Sequence record: NZ_LR134445.1
Reading direction: 5' to 3' (one strand)
Origin: a plasmid
DNA: 64,000 bases
The position numbers and the translations under genes were made by a program. Position 1 is the stretch's first letter. Every line of letters starts with the position of its first letter. Positions 17,202-26,788 of the stretch are shown piece by piece. The notes beneath the pieces are model-generated. The model had not been told where the DNA came from. It was given only the letters and a program-made list of their open reading frames with translations, and did no database searches.

Positions 17202-17954
17202 TCAGTCGCCGTACGCGCTGTAGACGGTGTCCGGGAGAGTGGGCAGCCAGCCGTCGACCCACGCGCCGGCGTAGGCCCGGTCGCCGCCGGCGATCAGCTC
17301 GACGACGTGCCCGGGCAACTCCGCGGCGACGAGGGGCAGCAGCCGCAGGCCGTCGTCGCGGTACCGCTGTGCCGCGGCGTCCGAGCTCCAGCCCGTCTCC
17401 CAGTCCAGCTCGCTGTCCCAGATCGCCTGCCACGCCTGCAGTTCGGCCGCGAGGGCCGCGGGCAGGTTCAGGTGCTCGGGCCCGATGTTCCCGTAGGTGG
17501 CCCAGAGGGCGGTGCTGCCGTAGTCGCTCATCAGCCGGACCCACCGCTCGGGCGCCTCGTCGAACTGTCGCACGTCGGTGCCCGCGGGGAGCGGCGTCTC
17601 GCCCGACGGTGACCACCCCGTCGCCCACCCGCCGGCGTAGCCGCGCTCGGCGATCGGCCAGAGGCTGTACTCGATCACGAAGCCGGGCACCTCGACGACC
17701 AGCGCGTCGAGGATCGCGTGCGCCTCACGGGCGTAGTCCGCCTCGGCTTCCGCTGTGCGCCAGCCTTCGCGGCCACCGAGATGGTCGGCCTCCAACAGCG
17801 CCTGCCAGGCGGCGATACGGGTGGCGAGTGCCCCGGAGAGGCCGAGGTCCTCAGCGCTCAGCGGGCGCAGCTGATCCACGCCGACGAGCGGGGGCCGATC
17901 GACGTCGGGCCACACGTGCAGGACGCGGGCTGGAATGAGCGGACTGTCGGGCAT
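17202..17954 (-). CDS. hypothetical protein made of two tandem ~90-aa homologous domains
   Basis: Internal duplication: LSGALATRIAAWQALLEADHLGG...EVPGFVIEYSLW...YAGGWATGW aligns with LPAALAAELQAWQAIWDSELDWETGW...ELPGHVVELIAG...YAGAWVDGW. No known domain recognised. Confidence 0.5.
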   Translation of the reverse strand: MPDSPLIPARVLHVWPDVDRPPLVGVDQLRPLSAEDLGLSGALATRIAAWQALLEADHLGGREGWRTAEAEADYAREAHAILDALVVEVPGFVIEYSLWPIAERGYAGGWATGWSPSGETPLPAGTDVRQFDEAPERWVRLMSDYGSTALWATYGNIGPEHLNLPAALAAELQAWQAIWDSELDWETGWSSDAAAQRYRDDGLRLLPLVAAELPGHVVELIAGGDRAYAGAWVDGWLPTLPDTVYSAYGD

Positions 17955-18023
17955 CCGGCCAGGCTACGCGGGTGGTTGTGCGAACGCATCGACATATGGC
18001 AGGAGTGATGGTAGGAAAATGGT

Positions 18024-18278
18024 ATGAGAACGACCATCGACGGGGCGGGCCGGATCGTGGTGCCGAAGGCGATCCGGGACGCGATGGGGTTGAGCGCGGG
18101 GAGGGCAGTGGACGTGACGTTCGCAGACGGGCGCATCGAGATCGAGGTGGCACCTGTTGAGATCGACATCGTGCCGGGCCACCCGTTTCCGAAGGCCGTA
18201 CCGCGGGAGCCGATTCCGCCACTGACCGACGAGATGGTCCGTCGGACCCTCGAAGAGGTCCGGCAGTGGCCGCGCTAG
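18024..18278 (+). CDS. vapB: VapB-type antitoxin (AbrB/MazE/SpoVT DNA-binding fold)
   Basis: GRIVVPKAIRDAMGLSAGRAVDV swapped-hairpin motif. 84 aa. Overlaps the downstream toxin gene. Confidence 0.8.
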   Translation: MRTTIDGAGRIVVPKAIRDAMGLSAGRAVDVTFADGRIEIEVAPVEIDIVPGHPFPKAVPREPIPPLTDEMVRRTLEEVRQWPR

Positions 18279-18670
18279 CGTGCGACACCAGCGTCCTGCT
18301 TCCGTCGTTGCTGTCCTGGCACCATGCGCACACCAGGTGCGCATTCGCGTTGGCGCAGCAGGAGTTCGCGGTGCCCGCGCATGTGCTGATGGAGACCTTC
18401 AGCGTGCTCACCAGGCTCCCCGAGAATCGTCTCTCGCCGGTGCAGGCCGCCGCGCTCATCGCAGGCGTCGACGCACCCTTGATCGATCTTCCCGCCGCTG
18501 AGCACCGACGGGTGGTGGAGGCCCTGGGGGCGCGCGGAATCGGCGGCGGCGCGACCTACGACGCGCTGGTGGGTGCAACCGCGGCGCACCACGGAATGAC
18601 ACTCCTGACCGCTGACCTGCGGGCGCCGCGCACCTACGAGGCGGTCGGGGCCACCTACCGGACGGTGTGA
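18266..18670 (+). CDS. vapC: VapC-type PIN-domain toxin
   Basis: GTG start overlapping the antitoxin stop. N-terminal CDTSVLL (the conserved Asp) and C-terminal TAD acidic residue. 134 aa. Confidence 0.8.
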   Translation: MAALACDTSVLLPSLLSWHHAHTRCAFALAQQEFAVPAHVLMETFSVLTRLPENRLSPVQAAALIAGVDAPLIDLPAAEHRRVVEALGARGIGGGATYDALVGATAAHHGMTLLTADLRAPRTYEAVGATYRTV

Positions 18671-19072
18671 GGCGGCACCGTCGGGCGGGAACAGCGGACA
18701 GCGGATCGCTCAGTCCGATCTTCGGTGCATGTCGGCGAGGGATCGTTGGCGTGTCGTCGCAGGATTGGACCGAAGATCGGCGGGCGGGCGAGCTCCACAG
18801 AGCTCATCCGGTTGGAGCGAAGTGGCAGCGAAGGCGGGGTATGCGGATCGCGCATCGATCGGTCCCATGAAACAGCTGGAACCTGCGTGTTCGCGGGTAT
18901 GCGTGGGACGCATGGCTTGCGTGAGCAACACGACCCCACACGCCGCCGGCGGCCCGCTGCCCTGCCGGCCGGCCGCGCACCGTCGGGCAGGAGCACCCGG
19001 ACGTGCGAGCGGCGCCGCCCCCGGATGGGGGACGGCGCCGCGGACACCCTCAGGCGTAGCCCGGGCAGGGGA

Positions 19073-20596
19073 TCAGAAGAAGCCCTGCGCACCCGGTGCG
19101 TACGAGACCAGCAGGTTCTTGGTCTGCTGGTAGTGATCGAGCATCATCTTGTGGTTCTCACGGCCGATGCCCGAGTCCTTGTAGCCGCCGAACGCCGCGT
19201 GCGCCGGGTACTGGTGGTAGGTGTTCGTCCAGACGCGGCCGGCCTGGATGTCGCGGCCAGCGCGGTAGGCGACGTCGCCGTTGCGCGACCACACGCCGGC
19301 GCCGAGGCCGTAGCGGGTGTCGTTGGCGATCTCCATCGCGTTGTCGTAGCCGTCGAAGGACGTCACCGCGAGCACCGGGCCGAAGATCTCCTCCTGGAAG
19401 ATCCGCATGTCGTTCGTGCCGGAGAAGATCGTCGGCTGGATGTAGTAGCCGCCCGACAGATCGCCGCCCAGGTCGGCCGCCTCGCCGCCGGTCACCAGGG
19501 TCGCGCCCTCGTTCTTACCGATCTCGATGTACGACAGGATCTTCTCGTGCTGCTCCTTCGAGGCCTGCGCGCCGATCATGGTGTCGGTGTCCAGCGGGTC
19601 GCCCTGGATGATCGACTTGGTGCGGATGGAGCCGAGCTCGAGGAACTCGTCGAAGATCGGCTTCTCCAGCAGCGCGCGCGACGGGCAGGTGCAGACCTCG
19701 CCCTGGTTGAGCGCGAACATCGTGAAGCCCTCGAGGGCCTTGTCCTGGTAGTCGTCGTTCGCGGCCATGACGTCCTTGAAGAAGACGTTCGGGCTCTTGC
19801 CGCCCAGCTCCAGGGTCACGGGGATGAGGTTGTCGGCGGCGTAGCCCGCGATCAGCTTGCCCGTGGTGGTCTCGCCGGTGAAGGCGATCTTGCGGATCCG
19901 CTTCGACGAGGCCAGCGGCTTGCCGGCCTCCAGGCCGAAGCCGTTGACGATGTTCACCACGCCCGCGGGCAGCAGGTCGCCGATGAGCGACCACAGGTAC
20001 AGCACCGACACCGGGGTCTGCTCGGCGGGCTTCAGGACGATCGCGTTGCCGGCGGCCAGCGCGGGCGCCAGCTTCCACACGGCCATGAGGATCGGGAAGT
20101 TCCACGGGATGATCTGGCCGACCACGCCGAGCGGCTCGTGGAAGTGGTACGCGACGGTGTTCTCGTCGATCTCCGAGATCCCGCCCTCCTGGGAGCGCAG
20201 GCACGACGCGAAGTACCGGAAGTGGTCGATGGCGAGGGGGATGTCCGCATTGAGGGTCTCGCGGATCGGCTTGCCGTTGTCCCAGGACTCGGCGAGGGCG
20301 ATCGACTCGAGGTTGGCCTCCATGCGATCGGCGATCTTGAGCAGGATCCCCGCGCGGACGGCCGGCGCGGTCTTGCCCCAGGCGGGGGCGGCCGCGTGCG
20401 CGGCGTCCAGCGCCAGCTCGATGTCCTCGGCGGTGGACCGCGCCACCTCGCAGAAGCCCTGGCCGGTGACCGGGGTGACGTTCTCGAAGTACTGGCCCTT
20501 GACCGGGGCGACCCACTCGCCGCCGATCCAGTTGTCGTAGCGGGACTGGTAGCTCATGAGGGAGCCGGCGGCCCCGGGGCGTGCGTAAACGGTCAT
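19073..20596 (-). CDS. NAD-dependent aldehyde dehydrogenase
   Basis: 507 aa from MTVYARPG (RBS GGAGG 7 nt upstream). ALDH motifs ELGGKSP and the [14 protein letters not shown] catalytic Cys region. The 848-aa ORF in the track is an upstream artefact extension. Confidence 0.9.
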   Translation of the reverse strand: MTVYARPGAAGSLMSYQSRYDNWIGGEWVAPVKGQYFENVTPVTGQGFCEVARSTAEDIELALDAAHAAAPAWGKTAPAVRAGILLKIADRMEANLESIALAESWDNGKPIRETLNADIPLAIDHFRYFASCLRSQEGGISEIDENTVAYHFHEPLGVVGQIIPWNFPILMAVWKLAPALAAGNAIVLKPAEQTPVSVLYLWSLIGDLLPAGVVNIVNGFGLEAGKPLASSKRIRKIAFTGETTTGKLIAGYAADNLIPVTLELGGKSPNVFFKDVMAANDDYQDKALEGFTMFALNQGEVCTCPSRALLEKPIFDEFLELGSIRTKSIIQGDPLDTDTMIGAQASKEQHEKILSYIEIGKNEGATLVTGGEAADLGGDLSGGYYIQPTIFSGTNDMRIFQEEIFGPVLAVTSFDGYDNAMEIANDTRYGLGAGVWSRNGDVAYRAGRDIQAGRVWTNTYHQYPAHAAFGGYKDSGIGRENHKMMLDHYQQTKNLLVSYAPGAQGFF

Positions 20597-20652
20597 GGCG
20601 GACCTCCAGATGAGTGGCGTGATGTCAGTCACATTCCACCCTACGCAGTGAC

Positions 20653-20681
20653 CGTTGCAACAACGTTGCAGTCGGTTGCAG
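20653..20681. promoter_or_regulatory. GTTGCA repeat/palindrome cluster in the aldehyde-dehydrogenase promoter region
   Basis: CGTTGCAACAACGTTGCAGTCGGTTGCAG holds three GTTGCA copies, including the palindrome GTTGCAAC. It lies between the GAF-regulator stop and the ALDH start. Confidence 0.35.
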
Positions 20682-20697
20682 CCCTGATCCGCCCAGG

Positions 20698-21930
20698 TCA
20701 GGCCAGGTCGATCGCGATCGCCGCGAGCCGGCCGTCGGCCTCCGCGCGGGCACGCGCATCGCCGTGCGCGCGCAGCACCCGCCAGCCGTGCTCGTCGTCG
20801 CGCGCGTCGGGGAGGTCGAGCCACCGTCGCAGCAGGCCCAGATCCCGGCTCGCGAGCACGGCCGACCGGAGGCTGCCCGCCAGCTCGGTGCGCAGCCGCG
20901 CGACGCCGGGCGCCCCCGAATTGGGCAGCAGCGGCCCGCGGTAGACCGCGAGGGCGTCCGCGACCCGGCCCGCGCGGATGGCGCGCGCGGCGTCGTCGGC
21001 GTCGGAGGCCAGCGCCCCCAGCAGCCGGTAGGGGCGCGAGCCCAGTAGGTCGGCACCCACCGTCTTGCGCAGCCGCGAGACCTCCGCGCGGACGGTCACG
21101 ACATCGAGGTCGCGCTCGTCGAGCAGCAGCGCCAGGTGGTCGGCGGTCAGGCCCTCGGGGTGCCGCGCGAGCAGCGCGAGGATGTCGGCGTGCCGGCCCG
21201 TGAGCGGCACCTCGCCGCCGTCCTTCTCGAGCACCGGGCGGCCGCCCAGCAGCCGCAGCCGCGGGCCGGCCGCGGGGGCGGGCGGGGTCAGCCGCAGGAT
21301 CGCCAGCTGCCCCTCGACGGCCATCGCCGCGGCCCGCACCAGCGCCAGGGCCTGCGGCGTCGCGACCTCGGGGCCGCCGGTCACGTCGAGCACGCCGATC
21401 GGCGCGCGGGTCACCGGGTCGTGCACCGGGACCGCGGTGCAGTTCCACCGGTGCGCCCGCCGCGCGAAGTGCTCCGACCCGGCGATCTGCACCTCCGTGT
21501 CGAGCGCCAGCGCGGTGCCGGGTGCGTTGGTCCCCGCCGCGGTCTCGCTCCAGTTCGCGCCCGGGATGAAGTTCATCGCGGCGGCCCGGCGGACGGCGGC
21601 ACCGTCGCCCTCCACCCACAGCAGAGTTCCGTCCCGGTCGCCCACGGCCACCATCGCGCCGGCGGAGTCGTCCACGAGGAGCCGCCGGATCACCGGCATC
21701 ACGCCGGACAGGGGGTTCCGGGCGCGCAGGGCGTCGAGCGCGCCGTCGCCCGACGGGGCCTCCCCGTCCGGGTTCACGCCCAGGTCGCGGCTGCGCTGCC
21801 AGCTCTCGGCGATGAGGTGCCGCAACTGGGACGCGCGCAGCGCGGACTCGTCGACCGCACCGTCGACGAACATGCTGTGCAGCCGCGCGGCCGCACCCGC
21901 GGACGCGACGGCGTGGGAACCGGTCACCAT
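20698..21930 (-). CDS. GAF-domain transcriptional regulator (putative aldehyde/alcohol catabolism regulator)
   Basis: Central GAF-like region with a C-terminal winged-helix-like segment ([28 protein letters not shown]). Sits directly upstream of the ALDH gene. Confidence 0.65.
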   Translation of the reverse strand: MVTGSHAVASAGAAARLHSMFVDGAVDESALRASQLRHLIAESWQRSRDLGVNPDGEAPSGDGALDALRARNPLSGVMPVIRRLLVDDSAGAMVAVGDRDGTLLWVEGDGAAVRRAAAMNFIPGANWSETAAGTNAPGTALALDTEVQIAGSEHFARRAHRWNCTAVPVHDPVTRAPIGVLDVTGGPEVATPQALALVRAAAMAVEGQLAILRLTPPAPAAGPRLRLLGGRPVLEKDGGEVPLTGRHADILALLARHPEGLTADHLALLLDERDLDVVTVRAEVSRLRKTVGADLLGSRPYRLLGALASDADDAARAIRAGRVADALAVYRGPLLPNSGAPGVARLRTELAGSLRSAVLASRDLGLLRRWLDLPDARDDEHGWRVLRAHGDARARAEADGRLAAIAIDLA

Positions 21931-21961
21931 CGTGCTTCCGACGATAGCCCGGAAAGGGCGG

Positions 21962-24007
21962 TCACCAGCCCGGATCGCCCACGATCTGCAGGCTCACGTA
22001 GGACGGCTGCTCGGGACTGAGCAGCACCGTCTGCTTGCCGAACCGGGTCTTCACCAGGTCGGGAACCGTGGCCAGGTAGCGGGGCACGCTGCCGGCGTAG
22101 ACGTCCACGCGCAGGCGATGCCCCTCCTCGAGCACGGCGTCGGTGGGCACCACGTCGACGTCGAGCTCGATCGTCTCGCCCGCCACCACCTGCTGCTTCG
22201 CGGACCAGGTGAGCGGGTGGAAGGCTTCGAGCAGCTCGCCGTCGAGGTCGTAGGTGCTGCGCGCCGGGTCGAGGGCGCGGTTCGAGGCCATGAGGGCGCC
22301 GCCGGAGAGGACCGTCGACGTGCCGTCGGGCGCGACGTCGTTGACGGTGACCGTCCAGATCGCCTCCTCGCCCTCGCACTGTGTCACGAGGTGGACGTTG
22401 ATCGCCCCGCTGAGCTGCACCGGCACACCGGCGGGCGGCGACGTGAAGGAGATCGCGCCGCGCTCCTGCACGCCGGCGTTCTCCAGCGCCGGGACGGCCT
22501 TCGTCAGCCCGGCCAGCACCTGCGTCAGGTCGGGCGAAGCGAGGCCGCGTAGGTCGATCCGCGTGGATGCGGACGCGCGCCGGCGCTCCGGGACGGTCGC
22601 GAGGCCACCGTCGTACTTGGCGTGCGCCGCCGTGCCCGACGGTGCCGGGGTCGCGTAGAGCCGCCGGGTGCGGGCACCCGCGCGGGGGAAGGACTCGCCC
22701 GCGCTCCAGCCGCCGCCCTGCTGCTGCAGCGTGACGGGGCCGTACCGGTCGACGCCGTTGTCGATGCCCTTGAGCCAGCGGTCGTACCAGGCCCGCTCGA
22801 GGACGTCGATGCGCGGCGGCGCCTGCGTGCCGCCGAAGCCGGCGCCCATGTCGAAGTGGTAACCGTCGGTGATCACCATCTGCTTGCGGCCCGCGGGCAG
22901 GTTGAGCCGCGAGTACATGCGCGGCGTGCTGCGGCCGAAGAGGTCGTGCCACCCGCCGAACAGGAACGTCGGGGCGGTGATCGCCTCGATCTTCGCGTTC
23001 CGCTCGGTGAAGTACGGGTTGTCGTTGACGCGGGGATCGCGGCCGGTGAGCACGCCCGTCACCACTGACGAGATCTCCGTCGCCGGCGAGACCAGGCGGC
23101 TGTGCAGCCAGCGGAAGACGTTGCCGTTCACGGTGTCGCGGAGCAGCGTGCGCGGGTTGTACAGCCACTTGAGGGCGTTCACGGCGCCGAGCCACAGCGG
23201 GATGAACACCGACGGGAGGCCGCCGGTGATGTAGATGTCGCGGACGATGTCCTCGCTGCCCTCGATCGCGAAGACCGCGCCCAGCCCCTCGGGCGCGTGC
23301 CCCGCGGCCTGCAACGAGTTGATCGCCGAGTACGACCAGCCACCCATGCCGAGCGTGCCGTCGCACCAGTCCTGCGCACGGGCCCAGCGCAGCACCTCGA
23401 CGGAGTCCAGCTGCTCGCGCGGGCCGAGGATCTGCCACACGCCGTGCGAGGTCCCGGTGCCCCGGACGTCGACGATCACCTGCACGTAGCCGCTGCGCAC
23501 GAGTCGGCGGTTGATGCCGAAGCCCTGGAGCAGGCCGCCCGAGAAGTCGACCGTCCCGCCCGTGAGCGCCTTCGAGGCGTTCGTCAGCGCCGGCCCGACG
23601 AAGGCGGCGTGCGTGGTCTCGTCGATGGCGTCGACGACCATGCGGTTGTACGGGTTGAGGTTGAGGATCGCGGGGTAGGGGCGCTCGACGGGCACCCCGT
23701 CGAGCTCGGCGGGCCGCACGACGGTGGCCCGCAGGACCACCCCGTCGGACATGCGGATGTCGACGTTGCGGTCGATGTGGACCCGCGGGTAGGTGAGCCG
23801 GCCGTCGACGGCCTCGCGCCAGGCGAGCGCGTCGGCGCCGCCGGTGGGATCGCCGAGGGGGAGCGTGTGGTCGACGCGCGGGTGGTGCTCGCCGCCCGAC
23901 GGGGCGGGCAGCGCGGGGCTGCGGTCCCAGAGCGGGATGCGCACGCCGGACAGTCGTGCGTTCGCTCTACCGGATCGGCTGGTCACCATTGCAACCCCTT
24001 CCTTCAA
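21962..24007 (-). CDS. CocE/NonD family hydrolase (S15 X-Pro dipeptidyl-peptidase fold)
   Basis: 681 aa. Nucleophile elbow GMGGWSYSA, conserved VIVDVRGTGTSHG, and a C-terminal beta-sandwich region. Confidence 0.8.
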   Translation of the reverse strand: MKEGVAMVTSRSGRANARLSGVRIPLWDRSPALPAPSGGEHHPRVDHTLPLGDPTGGADALAWREAVDGRLTYPRVHIDRNVDIRMSDGVVLRATVVRPAELDGVPVERPYPAILNLNPYNRMVVDAIDETTHAAFVGPALTNASKALTGGTVDFSGGLLQGFGINRRLVRSGYVQVIVDVRGTGTSHGVWQILGPREQLDSVEVLRWARAQDWCDGTLGMGGWSYSAINSLQAAGHAPEGLGAVFAIEGSEDIVRDIYITGGLPSVFIPLWLGAVNALKWLYNPRTLLRDTVNGNVFRWLHSRLVSPATEISSVVTGVLTGRDPRVNDNPYFTERNAKIEAITAPTFLFGGWHDLFGRSTPRMYSRLNLPAGRKQMVITDGYHFDMGAGFGGTQAPPRIDVLERAWYDRWLKGIDNGVDRYGPVTLQQQGGGWSAGESFPRAGARTRRLYATPAPSGTAAHAKYDGGLATVPERRRASASTRIDLRGLASPDLTQVLAGLTKAVPALENAGVQERGAISFTSPPAGVPVQLSGAINVHLVTQCEGEEAIWTVTVNDVAPDGTSTVLSGGALMASNRALDPARSTYDLDGELLEAFHPLTWSAKQQVVAGETIELDVDVVPTDAVLEEGHRLRVDVYAGSVPRYLATVPDLVKTRFGKQTVLLSPEQPSYVSLQIVGDPGW

Positions 24008-24189
24008 TCGTCAACCTAGAGCACGGGTGACGAACCTCACAAACCGCGGGTGCGGTTGTTGCAGATCCGATGCAGAACAGTTGCATTCCCGGCAGGTCCC
24101 GATCAGCGCGGATGCAGCACCCCACACGCCGCCGGGAGGCCCGATAAGCTCGTTCTCGCAATCGCCCGAGCCACACCCGGAGGTACCCC

Positions 24190-24630
24190 ATGTCGCTGAC
24201 CACCACGCTCCTCGATCCCGCGCGCCAGCCGGCCGTCGTCGCCGACTTCGCGTCGGTCGTCGAAGCCGAGGTGGGGGACAAGAGCGGGCTGTCCGGCACC
24301 GTCATCAAGACCGCGTACTCCGCGGTCAAGAAGGTCTCCCCGAACGTCATCGAGTCGGCGCTGACCAAGCTGCTGCCCGACTTCGCCGCCGCGCTCGACC
24401 CCTTCTGGACCGAGTTCCAGGCCCAGGGCCCCGGCGACTTCGGCCAGTTCCTCGCGGCCCGCGGCGACGCCGTCGGCGACGCGCTGCTCGCCGTCACCGA
24501 CAAGAAGGCCGAGTCCACCAGCCAGCCCGCGCTGCGCAAGGCCTACTCGAGCCTGCGCGGCAAGGCCAAGGAGAACGTCGTCGCGGCGCTGCCCCGCGTC
24601 GGCGCGGCCGTCCAGAAGAACGCCGCCTGA
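24190..24630 (+). CDS. conserved hypothetical protein (actinobacterial, 146 aa)
   Basis: Good RBS (GGAGGTACCCC ATG). Translationally coupled to the downstream RidA gene (ctgatcATG). Confidence 0.5.
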   Translation: MSLTTTLLDPARQPAVVADFASVVEAEVGDKSGLSGTVIKTAYSAVKKVSPNVIESALTKLLPDFAAALDPFWTEFQAQGPGDFGQFLAARGDAVGDALLAVTDKKAESTSQPALRKAYSSLRGKAKENVVAALPRVGAAVQKNAA

Positions 24631-24632
24631 TC

Positions 24633-25025
24633 ATGGGTGAGGTGCAGCTCCACGGCTCGGACCAGCTGACCACGGCGGTCGAGCACGCGTACAGCGCGAC
24701 GGTGCCCGCGGGCGCCACCCTGCACGTCGCCGGCGTCGCCCCGCTCGACCAGGGCGGCACCACCGTCGCCCCGGGCGACGTGCAGGGCCAGGTCCGCGCG
24801 GCCGTCGCGAACCTCCGGGTGATCCTGGGCGAGCGCGGCGCGCAGCTGTCCGACGTCGCCCGGCTCACGGTCTTCGTCGCCGAGCATCTGCAGGTGGACC
24901 TGCAGGTCGCGGGCGAGACGCTGGCCGAGGTCTTCGTGGACCTGCCGCCCGTGTCGATCGTCGGCGTCAGCCGGCTCCGCTACGACGATCAGGTCGTCGA
25001 GCTCGAGGCCGTCGCCGCCCTGTAG
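24633..25025 (+). CDS. RidA/YjgF family reactive-intermediate deaminase
   Basis: 130 aa. YjgF-family C-terminal signature VARLTVFV...PPVSIVGVSRL...VELEAVA. Confidence 0.85.
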   Translation: MGEVQLHGSDQLTTAVEHAYSATVPAGATLHVAGVAPLDQGGTTVAPGDVQGQVRAAVANLRVILGERGAQLSDVARLTVFVAEHLQVDLQVAGETLAEVFVDLPPVSIVGVSRLRYDDQVVELEAVAAL

Positions 25026-25134
25026 CGGGCTCGATGGGCACGCCCCGTGTGAGCGGACGCACAGCGGCTCCGCGGGGCGTCCACCGGCCACAGGGGTTCG
25101 TTCGCGCCCTATGTGAGGAGTTACCGTAGGGGAC

Positions 25135-25749
25135 GTGAGTACCCCTACATCCGCAGACGCAGTGGCCACCGTGATCACCGGCGCGAGCTGGCCCAGGATC
25201 CTCACCTGGCGGTCCGAGGACGGGAACCTCCTCGAGTCGGTGCGCGTGCAGCTCACGGGCGACCGGATCAAGGCCTACGGCCGGATCATCGCGGCCCCGT
25301 CGGCCGAGGGCCCGGCCTTCAACGCCTCGTACGACCTGGTCACCGACGACGAGGGCGTCACCAAGCGGCTCTCCGTGCACGCCCTCACCGAGGCCGGCGA
25401 GGCGCAGGTGACGATCGCGCGCGACGGCGAGAACCACTGGCTCGTGCAGGGCGCGCAGGGCTCCGAGCGCGGCTTCTTCTCCGGTGCGCTCAGCGTCGAC
25501 GTGCTCAAGTCCGCGTTCTTCAACGCCCTCACGATCCGACGGTTCGACCTGCAGAGCCACCCCGAGGAGATCGACGTGCCGGTCGTGTACGTCGACCTGC
25601 CCAGCCTCGCGGTCAAGGAGACGGTCATCAACTACGACGGTGCCGCCGACGGCATCACGGTGATCTCCCCGATCAGCAGCTCGAAGGTGTCCGTCGACGC
25701 CGACGGCTTCATCGTCGACTACCCGGGCCTGTCGAGCCGCGTCGAGTAG
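25135..25749 (+). CDS. hypothetical protein, putative glycolipid-binding-domain family
   Basis: 204 aa. The GTG start sits inside a hairpin (GTAGGGGAC-GTG-AGT-ACCCCTAC). Weak family-level resemblance only. Confidence 0.4.
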   Translation: MSTPTSADAVATVITGASWPRILTWRSEDGNLLESVRVQLTGDRIKAYGRIIAAPSAEGPAFNASYDLVTDDEGVTKRLSVHALTEAGEAQVTIARDGENHWLVQGAQGSERGFFSGALSVDVLKSAFFNALTIRRFDLQSHPEEIDVPVVYVDLPSLAVKETVINYDGAADGITVISPISSSKVSVDADGFIVDYPGLSSRVE

Positions 25750-26709
25750 TCAGTCGAGTGCCGTGACCACGCCCCCGGCGTGGCCGGCCTCGCGCAGCGC
25801 CCGCTGCCACCCCGCCCCGTCGAGCACGGGGGAGAACGGGGTGCGGCGGGCGTTCTCGTACCTCCGGCGCGCCGCGTAGCCGCGCTCGGTGATCGCGCCG
25901 ACGGTGCCCCGTTCGGCGAGCTCCGCCCGCGCGGCCCGCAGTTCCGCGATGGTGTCGTCGAGCGCGTCGAGGAGTGCCGGGGCGTTCGCCTCGCACATCG
26001 CGTTCACCAGCGACGGGGCCGTGCCCGCCACGCGCGTGACGTCGCGGAAGCTGCTCGCGGCCAGCGAGAGGGCCAGCTGCTTCGCGGCCGGGTCGAGCTC
26101 GGCGGTGATCGCGACGGCCTCGGCCACCACGTGCACGGAGTGCGAGATCCGCGCGACGGCAGCGTCGTGCTCGGTGGATCCCGCGGGCACGATGGCCGCC
26201 CCGCAGTCCAGCCCGACGCTCGCGGCGAGGCGCCAGGCGTCCGCCGGGGTCTCGTCGTCGGCGGTGACCACCCAGGTCGCGCCGTCGAACAGCGCGGCGT
26301 CGGTGGCCTCCCAGCCGGAGAAGGCGGTCCCGGCCATCGGGTGGCCGCCCGCGTACCGCCCCGTCAGGCCGGCGGCGGCGACCCGCCGCGCGACGTCGCC
26401 CTTGACGCTCACCGCGTCGGTCAGCCAGGCGTTCGGGGCGTGCTCCGCGACGGCGGCGAGCACCCCGTCGAGCGCGGGGACGGGCACCGCGACCACGACG
26501 ACGTGCCCGCCCTCCTCCGCGCGACGCAGGGTCGCGGCGAGGTCCGACGAGGCGTCGAAGCCGGCGGCTCCGGCGTCGTCGACGGCGGCGGCCGAGCGGT
26601 TCCAGCCGTAGGCGGGGCGTCCCGTGCGGCCGAGGGCGCGGAGGATCGATCCGCCGATCAGGCCGAGGCCGAGGACGCACACGGGGACGCCGGAATGAGG
26701 TGTGGACAC
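25750..26709 (-). CDS. tyrA: prephenate dehydrogenase
   Basis: N-terminal NAD Rossmann VCVLGLGLIGGS, the conserved GGHPMAG region and a prephenate-binding helical domain. Confidence 0.85.
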   Translation of the reverse strand: MSTPHSGVPVCVLGLGLIGGSILRALGRTGRPAYGWNRSAAAVDDAGAAGFDASSDLAATLRRAEEGGHVVVVAVPVPALDGVLAAVAEHAPNAWLTDAVSVKGDVARRVAAAGLTGRYAGGHPMAGTAFSGWEATDAALFDGATWVVTADDETPADAWRLAASVGLDCGAAIVPAGSTEHDAAVARISHSVHVVAEAVAITAELDPAAKQLALSLAASSFRDVTRVAGTAPSLVNAMCEANAPALLDALDDTIAELRAARAELAERGTVGAITERGYAARRRYENARRTPFSPVLDGAGWQRALREAGHAGGVVTALD

Positions 26710-26788
26710 CCCGCTAGCGTTCCACAGCGGTGTGAGGAAGCCGTATGAGACGTGTCGCGGACGCGCGTTTACGGATACGGTTCAACAC

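Noticed and set aside
19073-21619. 848-aa ORF extending the aldehyde dehydrogenase far upstream, and many Arg/Pro-rich ORFs in alternate frames (e.g. 2140-2433, 4349-5401, 9476-9976, 47119-48510, 53035-54144)
   Set aside because: ALDH homology begins at MTVYARPG, which has a good RBS. The extension is antisense to the GAF regulator. Arg-rich translations are the usual out-of-frame or antisense artefacts of ~70% GC DNA.
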